Of a DNA stretch of 47,548 nucleotides, positions 12,569 to 26,650 are shown one piece after another. Location: positions 1 to 47,548 of the forward strand of contig CALSCP010001006.1 of the NCBI GenBank assembly GCA_943704425.1, given 5' to 3'. Numbering within the stretch: the first letter of the stretch is position 1; each line of letters begins with the position of its first letter. The notes under the pieces are model-generated. The model was not told where the DNA came from. It did no database searches and saw nothing but the letters and a program-made list of their open reading frames with translations. A program made the translations under genes and the position numbers. The stretch is from Ministeria vibrans ATCC 50519. Lineage: Eukaryota; Protista; Filasterea.

Positions 12569-13499
12569 GTACTAATCGATTCTTCTGTCGACGTTTTTCC
12601 GCCTATCTGCCTGCTCGTCTTTGCAACGCATGTTTCTGTGCCAAACATCCTTCTCATTTTTTTCTTTTTGCTATACTTTTTTTTCTTCACCTTTTTTTTT
12701 TTTTTTTTTTCGCAAAAGCGATTCTCAGACTTGTCTTCTCTCTCTCTCTCACTCACACACACACACACACACTCTCTCTCTCTCTCTTCCTCACCCTCTC
12801 CTTGCTCTCTTTTTCGACAGGCCTCCCTCGAGGAGATGAAGCAGAAGGATGCTGACGACGAGAGTCTGAACAAGTGGAAGGCTGCTCTGCTTGGCGGTGG
12901 CGGTGGTACGACCTTGTTGTTTTTTCTTTTCTTTTTTCACACGCACACACACACACTCTCTCTCTATGTGTCTTTCTCTCTATTGCTTGTCTGGGCGTCT
13001 TTTTAGCTGGTCCCGGCGACGACCCTCGACGATGCGTCGTGCTGAAGATGTCCATGGTGATTGCGGGCCGAGGAGACGTCGATCTCGACCTGACGGGCGA
13101 CTTGACCAAGCTCAAGGAAGTGCCTTTTGTCATCAAGGAGGGATGCGAATACCGCCTTAAGATCACCTTCAAGGTGCAACACGAAGTCGTTTGCGGTCTC
13201 AAGTACATGCACGCAATCTACAGAAAGGGAATCCGATGTAAGAAGAAGCCGAGTGCACAACGAGCAATAACACTGTGTGGTCTCATCTTTGCTTTTTAGT
13301 CGCCAAGGACACGTACATGGTGGGTAGCTACGGACCGCAGGCAGAGCCCCATGTGTTCCTCAAAAAGGACGCCGAGGAGGCGCCGTCGGGCATGATCGCG
13401 CGAGGACACTACATTGTCAAGTCTAAGTTTGTCGATGACGACAACAACGTCTACTGCGAGTGGGAGTGGGCTCTGGACATCAAGAAGGACTGGGCCTAA
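12081..13499 (+). CDS. ARHGDIA: Rho GDP-dissociation inhibitor
   Basis: MADDDFTPEETPGYKAPAQ|ASLEEMKQKDADDESLNKWKAALLG...FVIKEGCEYRLKITFKVQHEVVCGLKY...RKGIR|VAKDTYMVGSYGP...EEAPSGMIARGHYIVKSKFVDDD...WALDIKKDW. Three introns. Confidence 0.95.
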
Positions 13500-13670
13500 G
13501 CTGCTCTTCTCTTGCACTCACCTTTACGCACCTCCCCTCCCCCACACAGACAGTAATAAATAAAAATTAAAATAATTCCCCGTGAATGATGAATGAACGA
13601 AGAAACAGCCATAAATTTATTCACTACAAATTGTTTATTTTTTCATTATTAATTTATACACTATAATATT

Positions 13671-16600
13671 TCACACAAGTGACATATGACAAGGCTGCAA
13701 CTCAATGGTCTCTTGGTGTGCGTCATCAAGAAGAAGAGTGGTCGATGCACACGAAGGCTTCGTGACGACAGTCGTCACTACACCAGGTGGTGTTTCCTCA
13801 GTTCCAATAAACTCCCCTCGTTCTTCGGTCGTTTCTGCACCTCCTCCTCCTTCCTCGTCCTTTTCTTGGTGCGAACGAGGGCGACGCAGTAAACGTGTCG
13901 ACACTCGCGACGGACGATGCGACCGTGGGCTGCTGTGCTGGGCCACAACACGCGCATGCCGCAGAAGACTGCTGCTCACAGGAGTGTGACGTCGCATCAG
14001 TGTCCCAAAGGTGGCAGCGACGGTCGTCAACGGATCGGCCAGGGAGACGGCACTGCCCTTGTGACAAGGCTGATTGGCATTCAGTTGGTGACCGGTGGGA
14101 CTCGTGTAGTGTCGCAACACCCGCTGAAGCTGCCCAAAGGCACTGACAAACGAGACGTGCTCGCGCGCATCGACTGCAGGTGCACTCTCCAGTACATCAT
14201 GTACAAGAGCATGCTCCAAGAGCTCCGTTGTGCAGTCGGCGGCAATCAGCACCACAATGGTCTTCTTGAGCTCTTGTGCATACATCACCTCCTCCTGGCA
14301 GTACTGCGAGCTCACCGACGTGGGCGTCGCCACAAACAGCAGCACACGACAGCCACGTACCGCATCGCCAATAGTTGTGCGCCAATAGTCGCCCGACGAC
14401 AGACCCAGAAAGTCAATCCAACAGTCGAAACCAGCCTTCTCCAAATCGGGCCACAGGCGCGCCTTGACAATCTCATGGTCTCGATGCGCCCACGAAATGA
14501 ACACCTCCTGCGGCTTCACCGCATCCGCCAGGCCAGGACCCAAGTCGCGCCCCACAGCAATCTTGGCAGGCACACCACCAGCAGCAACCCCACTAGTACT
14601 CGAAGAGATACCTATCGAAGTGCCCTTGGAGCTGCCTCCAGTCGCCAACAGAGCCATCTCCGTCCCGGGTGTGTTTCCAGTGAGAAAGCGTGCCAGACCC
14701 GCAATGAGCGCCTCGCAATCAATCGTACTGTTTGTCGCAGGCATATTCGTCCACTGGTACCGTTTCAGGAGCATCTCTAGACCCGCATCCGCCATCCCCA
14801 TCGCCTCGCTGTCCCGAATAATTGGGAATATTTGCAACTAAACAATTCAAAAAAGAAACAGATTAATGCAAAGGTATCAAAACAAACAGCAAACAAAAAA
14901 AATCCAATAAGAATATTATTATTATGATTATTATTATAATAATAAAATGACTATAATAACAATAATAATAATGGAAATAATAATGGTAATATTAATCATA
15001 ATAATATAATAATAATAATGGTAATAATAATCATAATAATTATAATAATAATGGTAATAATAATCATAATAATATAATAATAATAATGGTAATAATAATC
15101 ATAATAATTATAATAATAATGGTAATAATAATCATAATTTATAATAATACGTCTCTCTCTCTCTCTACCGTTGCACTTACTTTGCAATCGTATGCATACT
15201 GGACCTCCTCGAGACAGTACGGCGAGACAACTGACTCCTTGGATACAATAAAGAGCAGGACCTTACTGGCGCGGATCGCCTGTGCTACCTCCTTGCGCCA
15301 GAAGGCGCCGGCCTCGGCACGCACCTCGTCGACATGCACGCCCACACCATACTCGGACAGCTCCAGTACCAGCTGCGACATAAACTTTCGGTCGCTTGCC
15401 GCGTACGAGACAAAGGCTTCCTTGTCGCCGCCGTGCCACCCGAGAGAGCGATGACACACGAGCGCAACGGGCATAAAGACAAACACAATAATGAGCAGAA
15501 TAGTCGCAATGGAGAGGATGGCCGCTGAGAAGAGAACCCACTCTTGACGTCCCGACTCAATCGACACGATCACCGCAGCCGCCACACTCAGCAACACGAG
15601 ACCCCACAGCAGATACGAGAGTCGCGATGACTCACTGTAGAGCGTCGTGACGTTGCGTCGTCGCCATGTCTGGTACAGCAACCAGGCAAAGGGTAAACCC
15701 AAAATGACCAACAGGAGAATGCTAAGTGCCGACGACAGGGCACACCGCGTGTACACCAAGTCGTCGCTTCTGATGATCGCCTCAATGAGAATACCGTTCT
15801 CGGTTGCGGCAAATGCCCCAATAACAATGGACACTACAGAGAGCATAAACACCGTGGCAGCAACCACACGCCAGCCCGGCACAACCATACTCACATTGCG
15901 CACTTGCACCTTGGCAGCGAGACGCAGCGAGAAAAACTTGACAAGAAGTGGTGCAATTACAGCCACAATTTCGAAGGAGGCCATCACCAAGAGCACCGAG
16001 CAATCGGAAGGCGACCAATTCGACGAGTGTAGCATAGTGATCACCAGCGCGAACAGACAGCTGAGAATTAGACACGACAGTAGAGGCAGACCAAACACTT
16101 GCACAACCTTGATTGAGCGCCATCGCACAAAGTACGTGTAGAAAAGGAGAGCAACAAGGAAGACGAGCCAGCCAATCACGACGAGAGCAATCCGTAGACT
16201 GTCCATCACTTCAACACGCTGTGTGCAGCGCGGATAGGCGTCGTTGTTACCGTCGGGAATGAGCTCGGCCCGCGGGCCAATAAGATTGCAGTCGAGAATA
16301 GTCAGAGGAATCACCGCACCCAGAATGTTCGGGTCGTTGTCCGACTTAAACGAGATGCAGTAGTTGCCAGCGAGGCCATACACGGTTGGGGCGGGGTCAA
16401 TCGTCGACGTTCCATTGACGAGCGAAAGCATCAACAAGTCGACGTTGTTGATGAAGCTGGCATTGGACAGCAGTGACGGCAATGGCATGTCAAGACTGCC
16501 TTCACATGTGCCAATAAGACCATTCAAACGATCGTTCAAATTCAATGTGATCTGACCAAAAATGTCCACCATGCGCACGACTATGGGAGTCACCGTCACC

Positions 16601-17140
16601 AGATCACCGCTGAATATTTCAATTCTACTGTCCAACGTTGCCAATGGTGACACCACCAACAACTGGTAAGGGTTGCTTGCAACGATTTCGCCATATTCAG
16701 ACGCAACATTACCCGACGCGACAATTCCCGAGCGGAGCTCCGCAATAATTCGCTCAGGATTTATGGTAGGGTCGCTACCGTTCACATTGGTCAAAAAAAC
16801 GGCCCCACCGAGTCGCGCACGGTTCCCGGTGACCACCACCTGATCAATCAAATACGACGCGTTGTTGCGCGCATCCAGTGCCATTGCACCACCCGCCCCC
16901 AAAGCTGCCTCGTTGTGGTGGAAGTGACAATCTTGCACAACCACCTCAGAATTGACAACTGTAGGCACGCCCACAAACACCGCACCACCCACACTGTCAG
17001 AGTTACCAACAGCAAGATTTCGGTCAAATATTGATGTGGTAATCCGCACCGAGGTGTCCTCCGCAAAGATAGCGCCGCCCATCTACAAAAAGATGAAAAA
17101 AGAAGGGTTGAAAATAAGTAAAAAGCGAAAGATATTACAA

Positions 17141-17180
<40 letters not shown>

Positions 17181-19672
17181 GTTGTTGTTGTTGTTGTTGC
17201 TCTTGTTCTCTATTTATCTTTCTATTATTTTTGTTTGCCAACATTGTGAGATTGGCAAAATTATTGGGTTACTTGTGCAGAGTTATCTTTAAAGATGGAA
17301 CGTTCGACGGAAAGTTGAGACAAGGTGGCGTTGGCGGCGGCTACAAGGCCATCAAAGTTGGGGGAGTAAAGATTGGTGTTGTCCTCTTGAAGACCGGCGG
17401 CGATTGTGACACGGTCGAGACGCGTGAGAAGGAGAGAGGAGGTGACAGAGTCAAGCTCGTACATGGAAGTGATGGACGGGGTGACAGAGGAACCCTCGGC
17501 AATGACAAGGGTGGCGTGGATGACTCCACCAGTGCTGGTACGGGCGTGGTTGTCGATGAACGTGCAGTTGTTCACATTCACAAACGTCAAGTCCGACATG
17601 TAGATCACACCGCCCGACTGGGCAACGTTGCCAATGAATGTTGACCCAATAAGGGTTATATTGCCGTTCTCAAGGACACTGGCAACACCCCCAGACTCTT
17701 GCGAGGCAGTGTTGTTGACAATGTAAGACTGAGCGAGGACAGCACGAGCACTGCCCGTCAGCGACACACAACCCCCACCAAAGACTGCCGTGTTGTTGGT
17801 CAGTGCACACTCGTCGCACTCAAAGCGTCCATCCATTGTCGCCTGCACCACTCCCCCTTGCACTCCAATGTTGTGTTCAAAAGAGCTACATAAATACAGA
17901 GTAAAAGAGAGCAAGCAAGTCAAACACACAGGAAAACACGAAACAAAAGAAGAAAAATACAAAAAAATAAATAAGCACAAGAGTGTTGTATACCATTGCA
18001 AACACTCAATGTGACTGGTGTGGAGAAGAAGAAAAACACCGCCCCACCCCTGTGTAATGCAGTGGGAGGCAGAAAGATGGGTGGCAAGAATGCCGGAAGA
18101 GTCGCTCATGCCGATAGCGCCACCCTGAAGCGCCACGGACGCTCGAATTGTGACATTTGTGAGCTTCGCAAGGGACTCGTCAAAAGTCGCCAGGGCACCA
18201 CCGTAGGACGCAAAGTTGGCATTCAGCGTCAGAATGTTTGCAGTGAGAAGAGCAAACTTGGAAACGGAGATGGCACCACCGTGATAGGCAAGACACTCGT
18301 CAAAGGTGCAACGGGCAAGAGTGGCGCGTGCCGAGTTGTCAAGGGCGATGGAGCCGCCGGAGAAGCGCGCCGTGTTCAGACGGAAAGTACAGTCGGTGAG
18401 ATGTGCCTCGGCAAAGTCGTAGAGAGCAATGGCACCACCGTCAATATGCGATGCGCACGACTCAAAGGTGGTGTGGCTGACATCGATGCGTCCATTGGAG
18501 ACGACGGTGATGGCGCCGGCGCCCAAGAGCGAGCTAAGGCTGGAGCCAACGGAGTCGAGGGCTTTGCACTGAAGTATGTGAGAATCGCTCATGATCAGGG
18601 AACCAAAGACGTTGAAGCAGCCTGCGGCAAGGCCGCTTGAGAGAACTATCGACGAGACGTCGACTACAAGCGACGCCGTCTCGCTTACCACGGCAATGCC
18701 CGCCGTGAGTTCGCCAAGTGACGTTGTTACGTTTCCATCAAGGAGACGCGCTGTGCACAGCAACATGGTGGCACGTGTTAAAGAGACATGCGAGAGCCCA
18801 TTCTGGTAGATGACACCGCCAAAAGCACCGAAAGAGAAGGTTACATTCGTATCGGAGAGCGTCAAGCTTGCTTGACGGTGCACAAAGAAGGCGCCTGCAG
18901 GACTTCCAAACGATAGTGACACGTCCATGTGTGACATGGTCGCTGCTGCACCGGTGCCCACATAGGCAACACCAGCAACATCAAAGCGATCTGTTACAAA
19001 CACCCTGCCGGCATGGAAGAAGAGAGAGACGGTCGTCATCGCGTCGATCACTGCAAAAAAATACATCAAAATATACAAACGGGTGTCGGTTCGCACAGGG
19101 TCTTTTGACTCATGGCTATTCTTACGGGTCATATCAAAGATGACATGAAGTTCATCGGGAATGCCGCCAGTCACCTGCACATGGGAGACGTCGACGGTGG
19201 CGCGACTGCTGACAAAGATGGGCGATGCGTCAAAGCAACCGACGACGGTCAGGTTGGTAATGCTCACTCGGGATGCCCCTGCGCTCACAATCACCGCGCC
19301 GTCTGACGTGGCGGTGACATTGACAGAGGAATGGACGCAGCAGGTGAGGAGTGTGTTCGGTCCGCTCCCCACAAGTTGTGCGCCTGAATTCAGTGTGAAA
19401 GGTAGGACGTGCGGCGTAAAGACGCCCGCACTGAGCTGTAGGACCCCATCGCGGGGCACCTCCTTGGATCCACCCAGTGTAGCAAGCACCGCAGCCTCGG
19501 CTGCGTTCGGGCTTGCCTCTTGGCACGCCAATTTTGAGAGGGAGATGATCGACGAAATGTCGTCCACCGGTAAAACGGACGAGACCAAGTCCGATTCACT
19601 CAGTGCCGAATTGGACTGCCAGAAAAGAGCCAGAAACACACCCAGCATCAGGGCTCGTCTGTGCGTCTTCAT
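13671..19672 (-). CDS. Multidomain receptor: signal peptide, parallel beta-helix (GGA[I/L/V]/FxxNxA repeats), class C GPCR-like 7TM, two TIR domains (~1,750 aa)
   Basis: In-frame splices NSAQ|MGGAIF (intron 17272-17083) and YAYDCK|LQIFPI (intron 15180-14838), plus two probable in-frame introns (~19145-19052 and ~17993-17886). Seven hydrophobic segments at ~16200-15455. TIR motifs AFVSY...SPYCLEEV and VFISW...SQYCQEEV. Confidence 0.85.
14905..15150. repeat. (AAT)n-rich intronic microsatellite
   Basis: Degenerate ATA/AAT trinucleotide array in the intron that splits TIR1. Confidence 0.9.
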
Positions 19673-19955
19673 CGTGAAGATACGAAATTCAGTATTTATT
19701 TTGTTCAGTTTTCATTCTTTGGGTCTAAATGCACAATAATACTTTTTCGTAGTCTTTCATAATTGTGTCTTCGATCTCGTCCCCTTGGGGATGGTTGAGG
19801 GCAGTGAGTGCGGGCGTATTGACTAAAGGGTGTACAAGTGACAAGTACGTGCTCTTCTTGGCCAGCGATTTGCGGCTGTAAATTGTAATCATCATAACTT
19901 GAATTTTGACAATTTGACTTATTTTCAATTTTTATTCACTTTTTCTGTTATCGAT

Positions 19956-22004
<2,049 letters not shown>

Positions 22005-22211
22005 CCTCAGCCTCAACCTCACACGCACACACACACACACTATCTCTTTCTCTTTACAGTACACACTCCTTTCTTTTGTTTTCTTACTTGCAAATAACAT
22101 AGTCATATCTGCATTGTGACAAAAAAGAAGAGAAAAGAAAAAAAGGAGAGAAACTAAAAAAATAATGTACAGGGAGGATACAAAAAATGATACAGGACAG
22201 AAAAAAGATGA

Positions 22212-23551
22212 TCAGGCGAAGGAGTACGGTGACTTCCACTCGCCATTGCTCTTGAGCTTCTCTGGGTCCTGTGTCTGTGCCTTGGTCCACAGCTCAGCGG
22301 CCGTCTTGCCCGTCTTGGCCAGCGCTGGACTGGCAAACGTCGGTGCGTCCTGTTCGTCATCCCACAACTACAGAAAGACAATTAAGAAAGCGCGAGGATA
22401 AAAAAAAAAGTTTTCAAAAAAGGGAGCGGAGGGAGGAATGCGTACGCGGATGGCGCCACTGTCAATGGTGTCGGGAGCGATACTCATGCTGATCTGCACA
22501 ATGCGCGGCAGACCGTAGTCATCGTCGTCATTATCATGTCGTAGTTTAGACGCCACTTCCAGCGCGCGCTGTCGTCGTCGTTCCCTACACACATACAACC
22601 ATAATAAAATTATCATGAATAATTAAAAATCAATAGCAATAATAATAGTCAAAGACATAATAATACCGCTCTTCTCCTGATTCTGGCGCAGTTTCCACAT
22701 CGCGATCGTGTGCGCTCTTGGATGCCCTGCGCTGGAGCTTCTCTGCTACTTCAAGCGCCCTTTGTCGTTTCCGCTCGCGTTCTCTTTCTTCGTCTTCTTG
22801 CGCAGCCTCTTGAAGCTGAATATTTTGTGCTCCTGCAAACGAACAGCACGTCAACGGGGGGTTTGACTCAACTGTGGTTGGAGACGTACCAGAGAAGCGA
22901 CGACGGAACTTTGCGAAAACGCCCGTGTTAGTCTCACTGGCATTGTCATCCCCATTGGATGCAATGGAAGAGCGTGCCGAAGGATCATGGGGGTTGGTTG
23001 CGCTGAGGGCACTGGAGCGACGACGACGCGAGCCCTGTGTGCCAAACTTGTTCTCCAGGTCGCCTGCTTCGTCGTCCTCTTCGTCGCTGTCGACACCACC
23101 ATCCGCGTTGACACTACCCCGCCGAGACTCGCTTTGCCGTGAGTCAGTTTCGATCGCGCCCTGTTCGCTGCGGGGCGCATTCAGTTCGTTGTGGAACATG
23201 AGTCCTGCAAATGCAGCCGTGCGGTGCGTGAGTCATGAGTCGAGCAGTGCTCCGTCTCTCTTTCTCTCTCTCTCTCTCTCGCCATACCTTCATCAGCGTT
23301 CGCCTGAACAGTCGATTCACTTGGTCCCGCGGGTGCTTTGAAGCTACGCAAACGCAGAGGAAACAAAAACACGTTAAATTGAGAACCCCAAAAAAGGATC
23401 TTTTTTTAAAAATTCCGTGCAATCAGTCCTCAAGGGCAAAGGCCAGTAGATCTTTGGTGGTGATGACACATGTCCACCTCGCAGTGGGCAGACGCGAGTC
23501 GACAAAGGCCGAATCGGGGCGCGTTGGCAGACGAGAGAGACTTTACTCCAT
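22212..23551 (-). CDS. Hypothetical disordered protein with a duplicated ERxRQRALEVAxKL motif
   Basis: Consistent in-frame splicing FKAPAGPS...ADE|GLMFHNEL...FSG|AQNIQ...EER|ERRRQRALEVASKL...AIR|LWDDEQ...WKSPYSFA*. First exon uncertain. Confidence 0.6.
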
Positions 23552-23699
23552 TCACTTGTCGCCATTTTTTCAAAAAAAAAAAAAAAAAAAAAAAAAAACG
23601 ACGTTTTGGCGTTTGGCGTTTTCGCTGTGTAGAGTACATTGCGGCTCGCTTTGGTTCAGTGCCTGCCTCTGCTGAACTACCCCTTGTGTCCATATGTAG

Positions 23700-23932
23700 G
23701 AGGAGTGCCCGATCCACACCGGGGGGCGTCTGCCAAGGGCAGCATTGGCTACCAACAATCACCACCTCAACAACAACAACACACACAACAACAACAGCAG
23801 CAGCAGCAGCAGCAGCAAGCGCCCCTGCGACTGCCATCGTTCGGCCTCGACCTGGGCTTGGACCTCTACTCGGCCGGCTCCCAAGCAGGCGCCTCTCGCA
23901 TGGGCCTCCCGCCCGCACACAACCTACAGTAT

Positions 23933-23975
<43 letters not shown>

Positions 23976-24656
23976 GACACCCTCAACAGCCACAGCAACA
24001 CCAGCAGTGGCCGCACGCAATGCAATCTCAGCACCATCCTTCCCAGCAACCACCTCCGCAACAAGTAGCTCAACAACAAGCACAGCATATGAATCCGTAC
24101 CAGCGCGAAGCGGCCGTATGGAAAGAGCGCTACGAACACCTTGCTCAAGAACACAAGAATCTCCTCACGGAGTATCGGCGCCTTCTCTCCGTCGTTAAGT
24201 CGCAACACGAACACCAAAAGGCTACAGTGGCTGCCGTGCAACAGCAACAGCAGCAATCCATATCTCCTCAGCAACAGTCTCTCATGGAACAGCTCCGGTC
24301 GACTGCCTCCAGCGGCGCCGGCGCCGGCGGCGGCGCCGGCGGCAGTGGAAGTGGCACGTCCTCACCACGCGGATCGAATGCACATGGTTCCGTCACATCG
24401 AATAGTGCGGGAGCTGCACTATCAGCGGCTGCTGAACAGCAGCAACAACAGAAAGCGCTTGTGGAGCAACTGAGAGCAACGCAACAGCCATCGACCGAAG
24501 GCGAACAGAGACTACAGCAGCAGCAGCAGTACCAAGCGCGACTGATGCAGCAGCATATGCAGCAGCAACAACAAGAGAAGATGCGCCAACACTTGCAAGC
24601 GCGCCACCAACAACAGCTCGCAATCCAACAACAACAACAACAACAACAACAACAGC

Positions 24657-24705
<49 letters not shown>

Positions 24706-24832
24706 GTCCAGTCCTGTGCTCCCCTCGTCCGCATCTTTTGTTCCCTCTTCTGCCGCCCTTCCTTCGACATCTCAACCCGTCTCTCTCACTGCAGACGATC
24801 TTCTTGGCAGCGCTGCCTCAGACATTCTTTGA
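23700..24832 (+). CDS. Polyglutamine-rich protein with a short coiled coil
   Basis: Open frame of ~375 codons with several polyQ tracts and REAAVWKERYEHLAQEHKNLLTEYRRLLSVVK. True start unresolved. Confidence 0.65.
24625..24706 (+). repeat. (CAA)n coding trinucleotide repeat (polyQ, ~27 residues)
   Basis: Near-perfect CAA run. Confidence 0.9.
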
Positions 24833-24913
24833 TTTCATTAAAAAACTGAAACAAAAAAAAATATAATAATATTATTATAATTAATATTATATATCACACT
24901 CCGTTTTGGTGTT

Positions 24914-26310
24914 TCATTCTGATCCGCCTTCCATATCGCACACGTCCACAATAGACATGATAAAATCAACACTGACTGCCTCAAAGCGAAACTGCGCACC
25001 CGCCTCACAGAATTCGACCACAACAGACTCGAAAAGTGACTGGAGGGCGTCACGGGAGCACACACGACGCACTGTGCGCAGGCCCTGCGTGAGCCCTTCA
25101 AGGAGTGCCTGGCACTGCGCACGGGTGAGCTCACGGCCGCACGTGCGCTCCAGCGTGTCCACGACTCGCCTGAGCGCACTCCCGTCGAGAGCCTGATCGC
25201 GCACCTGTGCCACCGCATCGCGCACTGCGTCAAGGTAGCGCGCACTGCCCTCCACATTTACAATGGCCGTCGTCTGCTGGTCCACGGCCACCACTGCCTG
25301 TGTGTCCCGCTCGACAATCACATTCCCCAGATTACCACTGTTGCTCCACACAAACGGCACCCGATCAAAATTGTTGACAATCACATCGGCTGCAATAACG
25401 CGCCCCAGACTCACCAGCGCACTCTCACTCAGCTCCAAACGTTTCGCTGCAGTCAGTTCCAAAATGGTCGCACCCTATAGAGCAAAAGAGTTAGCGAGGA
25501 GCCCAAGAGTGATAGACTGTCAGTGACTTCGTCGACGTTTGAAGTGCCGCATCAGTTTTGTGTCGCATCAGTTGTGTGAACGTACGGGAATGTACTCCAT
25601 AATAAGCAAGTTTGCGTATTTGGCAAAGTGTTGGTAGCGCGTCATGTCGTTGGTGCACGGCACACGACGAAGCACCGTCTGTATGCGGTCGCGCTTCTCG
25701 CTCGCCAGCAGCTGGATGCGCGGCACAGTAATGTCCAAGAGACGATACAGACGCTCGCAAAAAATCTCTTGAAAAGCCATCTAGGCAGAAAAGAGGTATA
25801 GATGAAGGTGACGCGAGTGGGCACTCACTGACCACCAGCGCGCCACAAAAACACACACCTTGCCGCTCTTGATGACAAAGCATCCCTCGTCCGTATGCAC
25901 AAGATTGACGCCCGTCGAGCCCAGCCCACCGTCGACGTGGTGTACCACGTTGACTGTTGAGGGCGTAAACAGCTCGTATGCGCGTTCAAAGAGCGCCAGT
26001 GGCTGTGCCGTCCGAAATGGAAACTTCACTTCCTCCGGCTCCTTCCTGACCGCCTTTCTACACGATCACGCCAGTAAGAGTATGCCAAGGGTCTCTTGCA
26101 ACAAATCAACCTACTCTGAGATGCGTTGGTCCGCGGCAAGACGGCTGTCGTCTGAGACTCGATCGGAAATGGCTGTCGAAATTTTCAGAGCGGCCGTTGC
26201 GTCTATCCTGAAGCGACGCTGGAGGACGTCTGGCTCTCGAACATACGTAAGCATCTCGCCGGTAAACTAAACATACCGGGAGCAGAAGAGGAAGAGAGAG
26301 GGAGATAGAT

Positions 26311-26358
<48 letters not shown>

Positions 26359-26526
26359 GGAAGTTTAGATCTCTTTGGTCGAGCGACAAACTGTGTTGAT
26401 TCTTTAATGTACCGAATGCATACGAAGTCCTTTCGCAAGTGTCTCAAGGTGGATCTTTTCTACTCCCGAGATGCCTAGAACGAAGGCACACGCCTCGGCA
26501 TTGTCGCAGTCTTTGAGGGCCGCCAT
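24914..26526 (-). CDS. Actin-fragmin kinase-like atypical kinase with a possible N-terminal SAM-like domain
   Basis: GGLGSTGV...CFVIKS...QEIFCERLYRLLDITVPR...LLIMEYIP...LGRVIAADVIVNNFDRVPFVWSNSGNLGNVIV...VAVDQ matches the AFK/PI3-4K-like catalytic pattern. The N-terminal FTGEMLTYVREPDVLQRRFRI...LKI is SAM-like. Confidence 0.75.
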
Positions 26527-26650
26527 GATGAAAACGAATGAGATTACTATTGAGTATTGACTCGTCAAAATTTTTTCACTTTTGATATCTCAGATTTTTT
26601 TTCGACTTTTCATTTTTGTGTGTATCCTTACGAGTTGCCAACACCAACCA

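Noticed and set aside
13671-19672. Bacterial Thoeris-like or TIR defence operon, or chlamydial Pmp contamination
   Set aside because: The gene has spliceosomal introns with the same microsatellites as its neighbours and sits between RhoGDI and RPT3, so it is a native eukaryotic gene.
19725-19928. 67-aa ORF between the receptor and RPT3
   Set aside because: No recognisable homology and a non-ATG start in the track; it is more likely promoter or 5' UTR sequence, though a uORF cannot be excluded.
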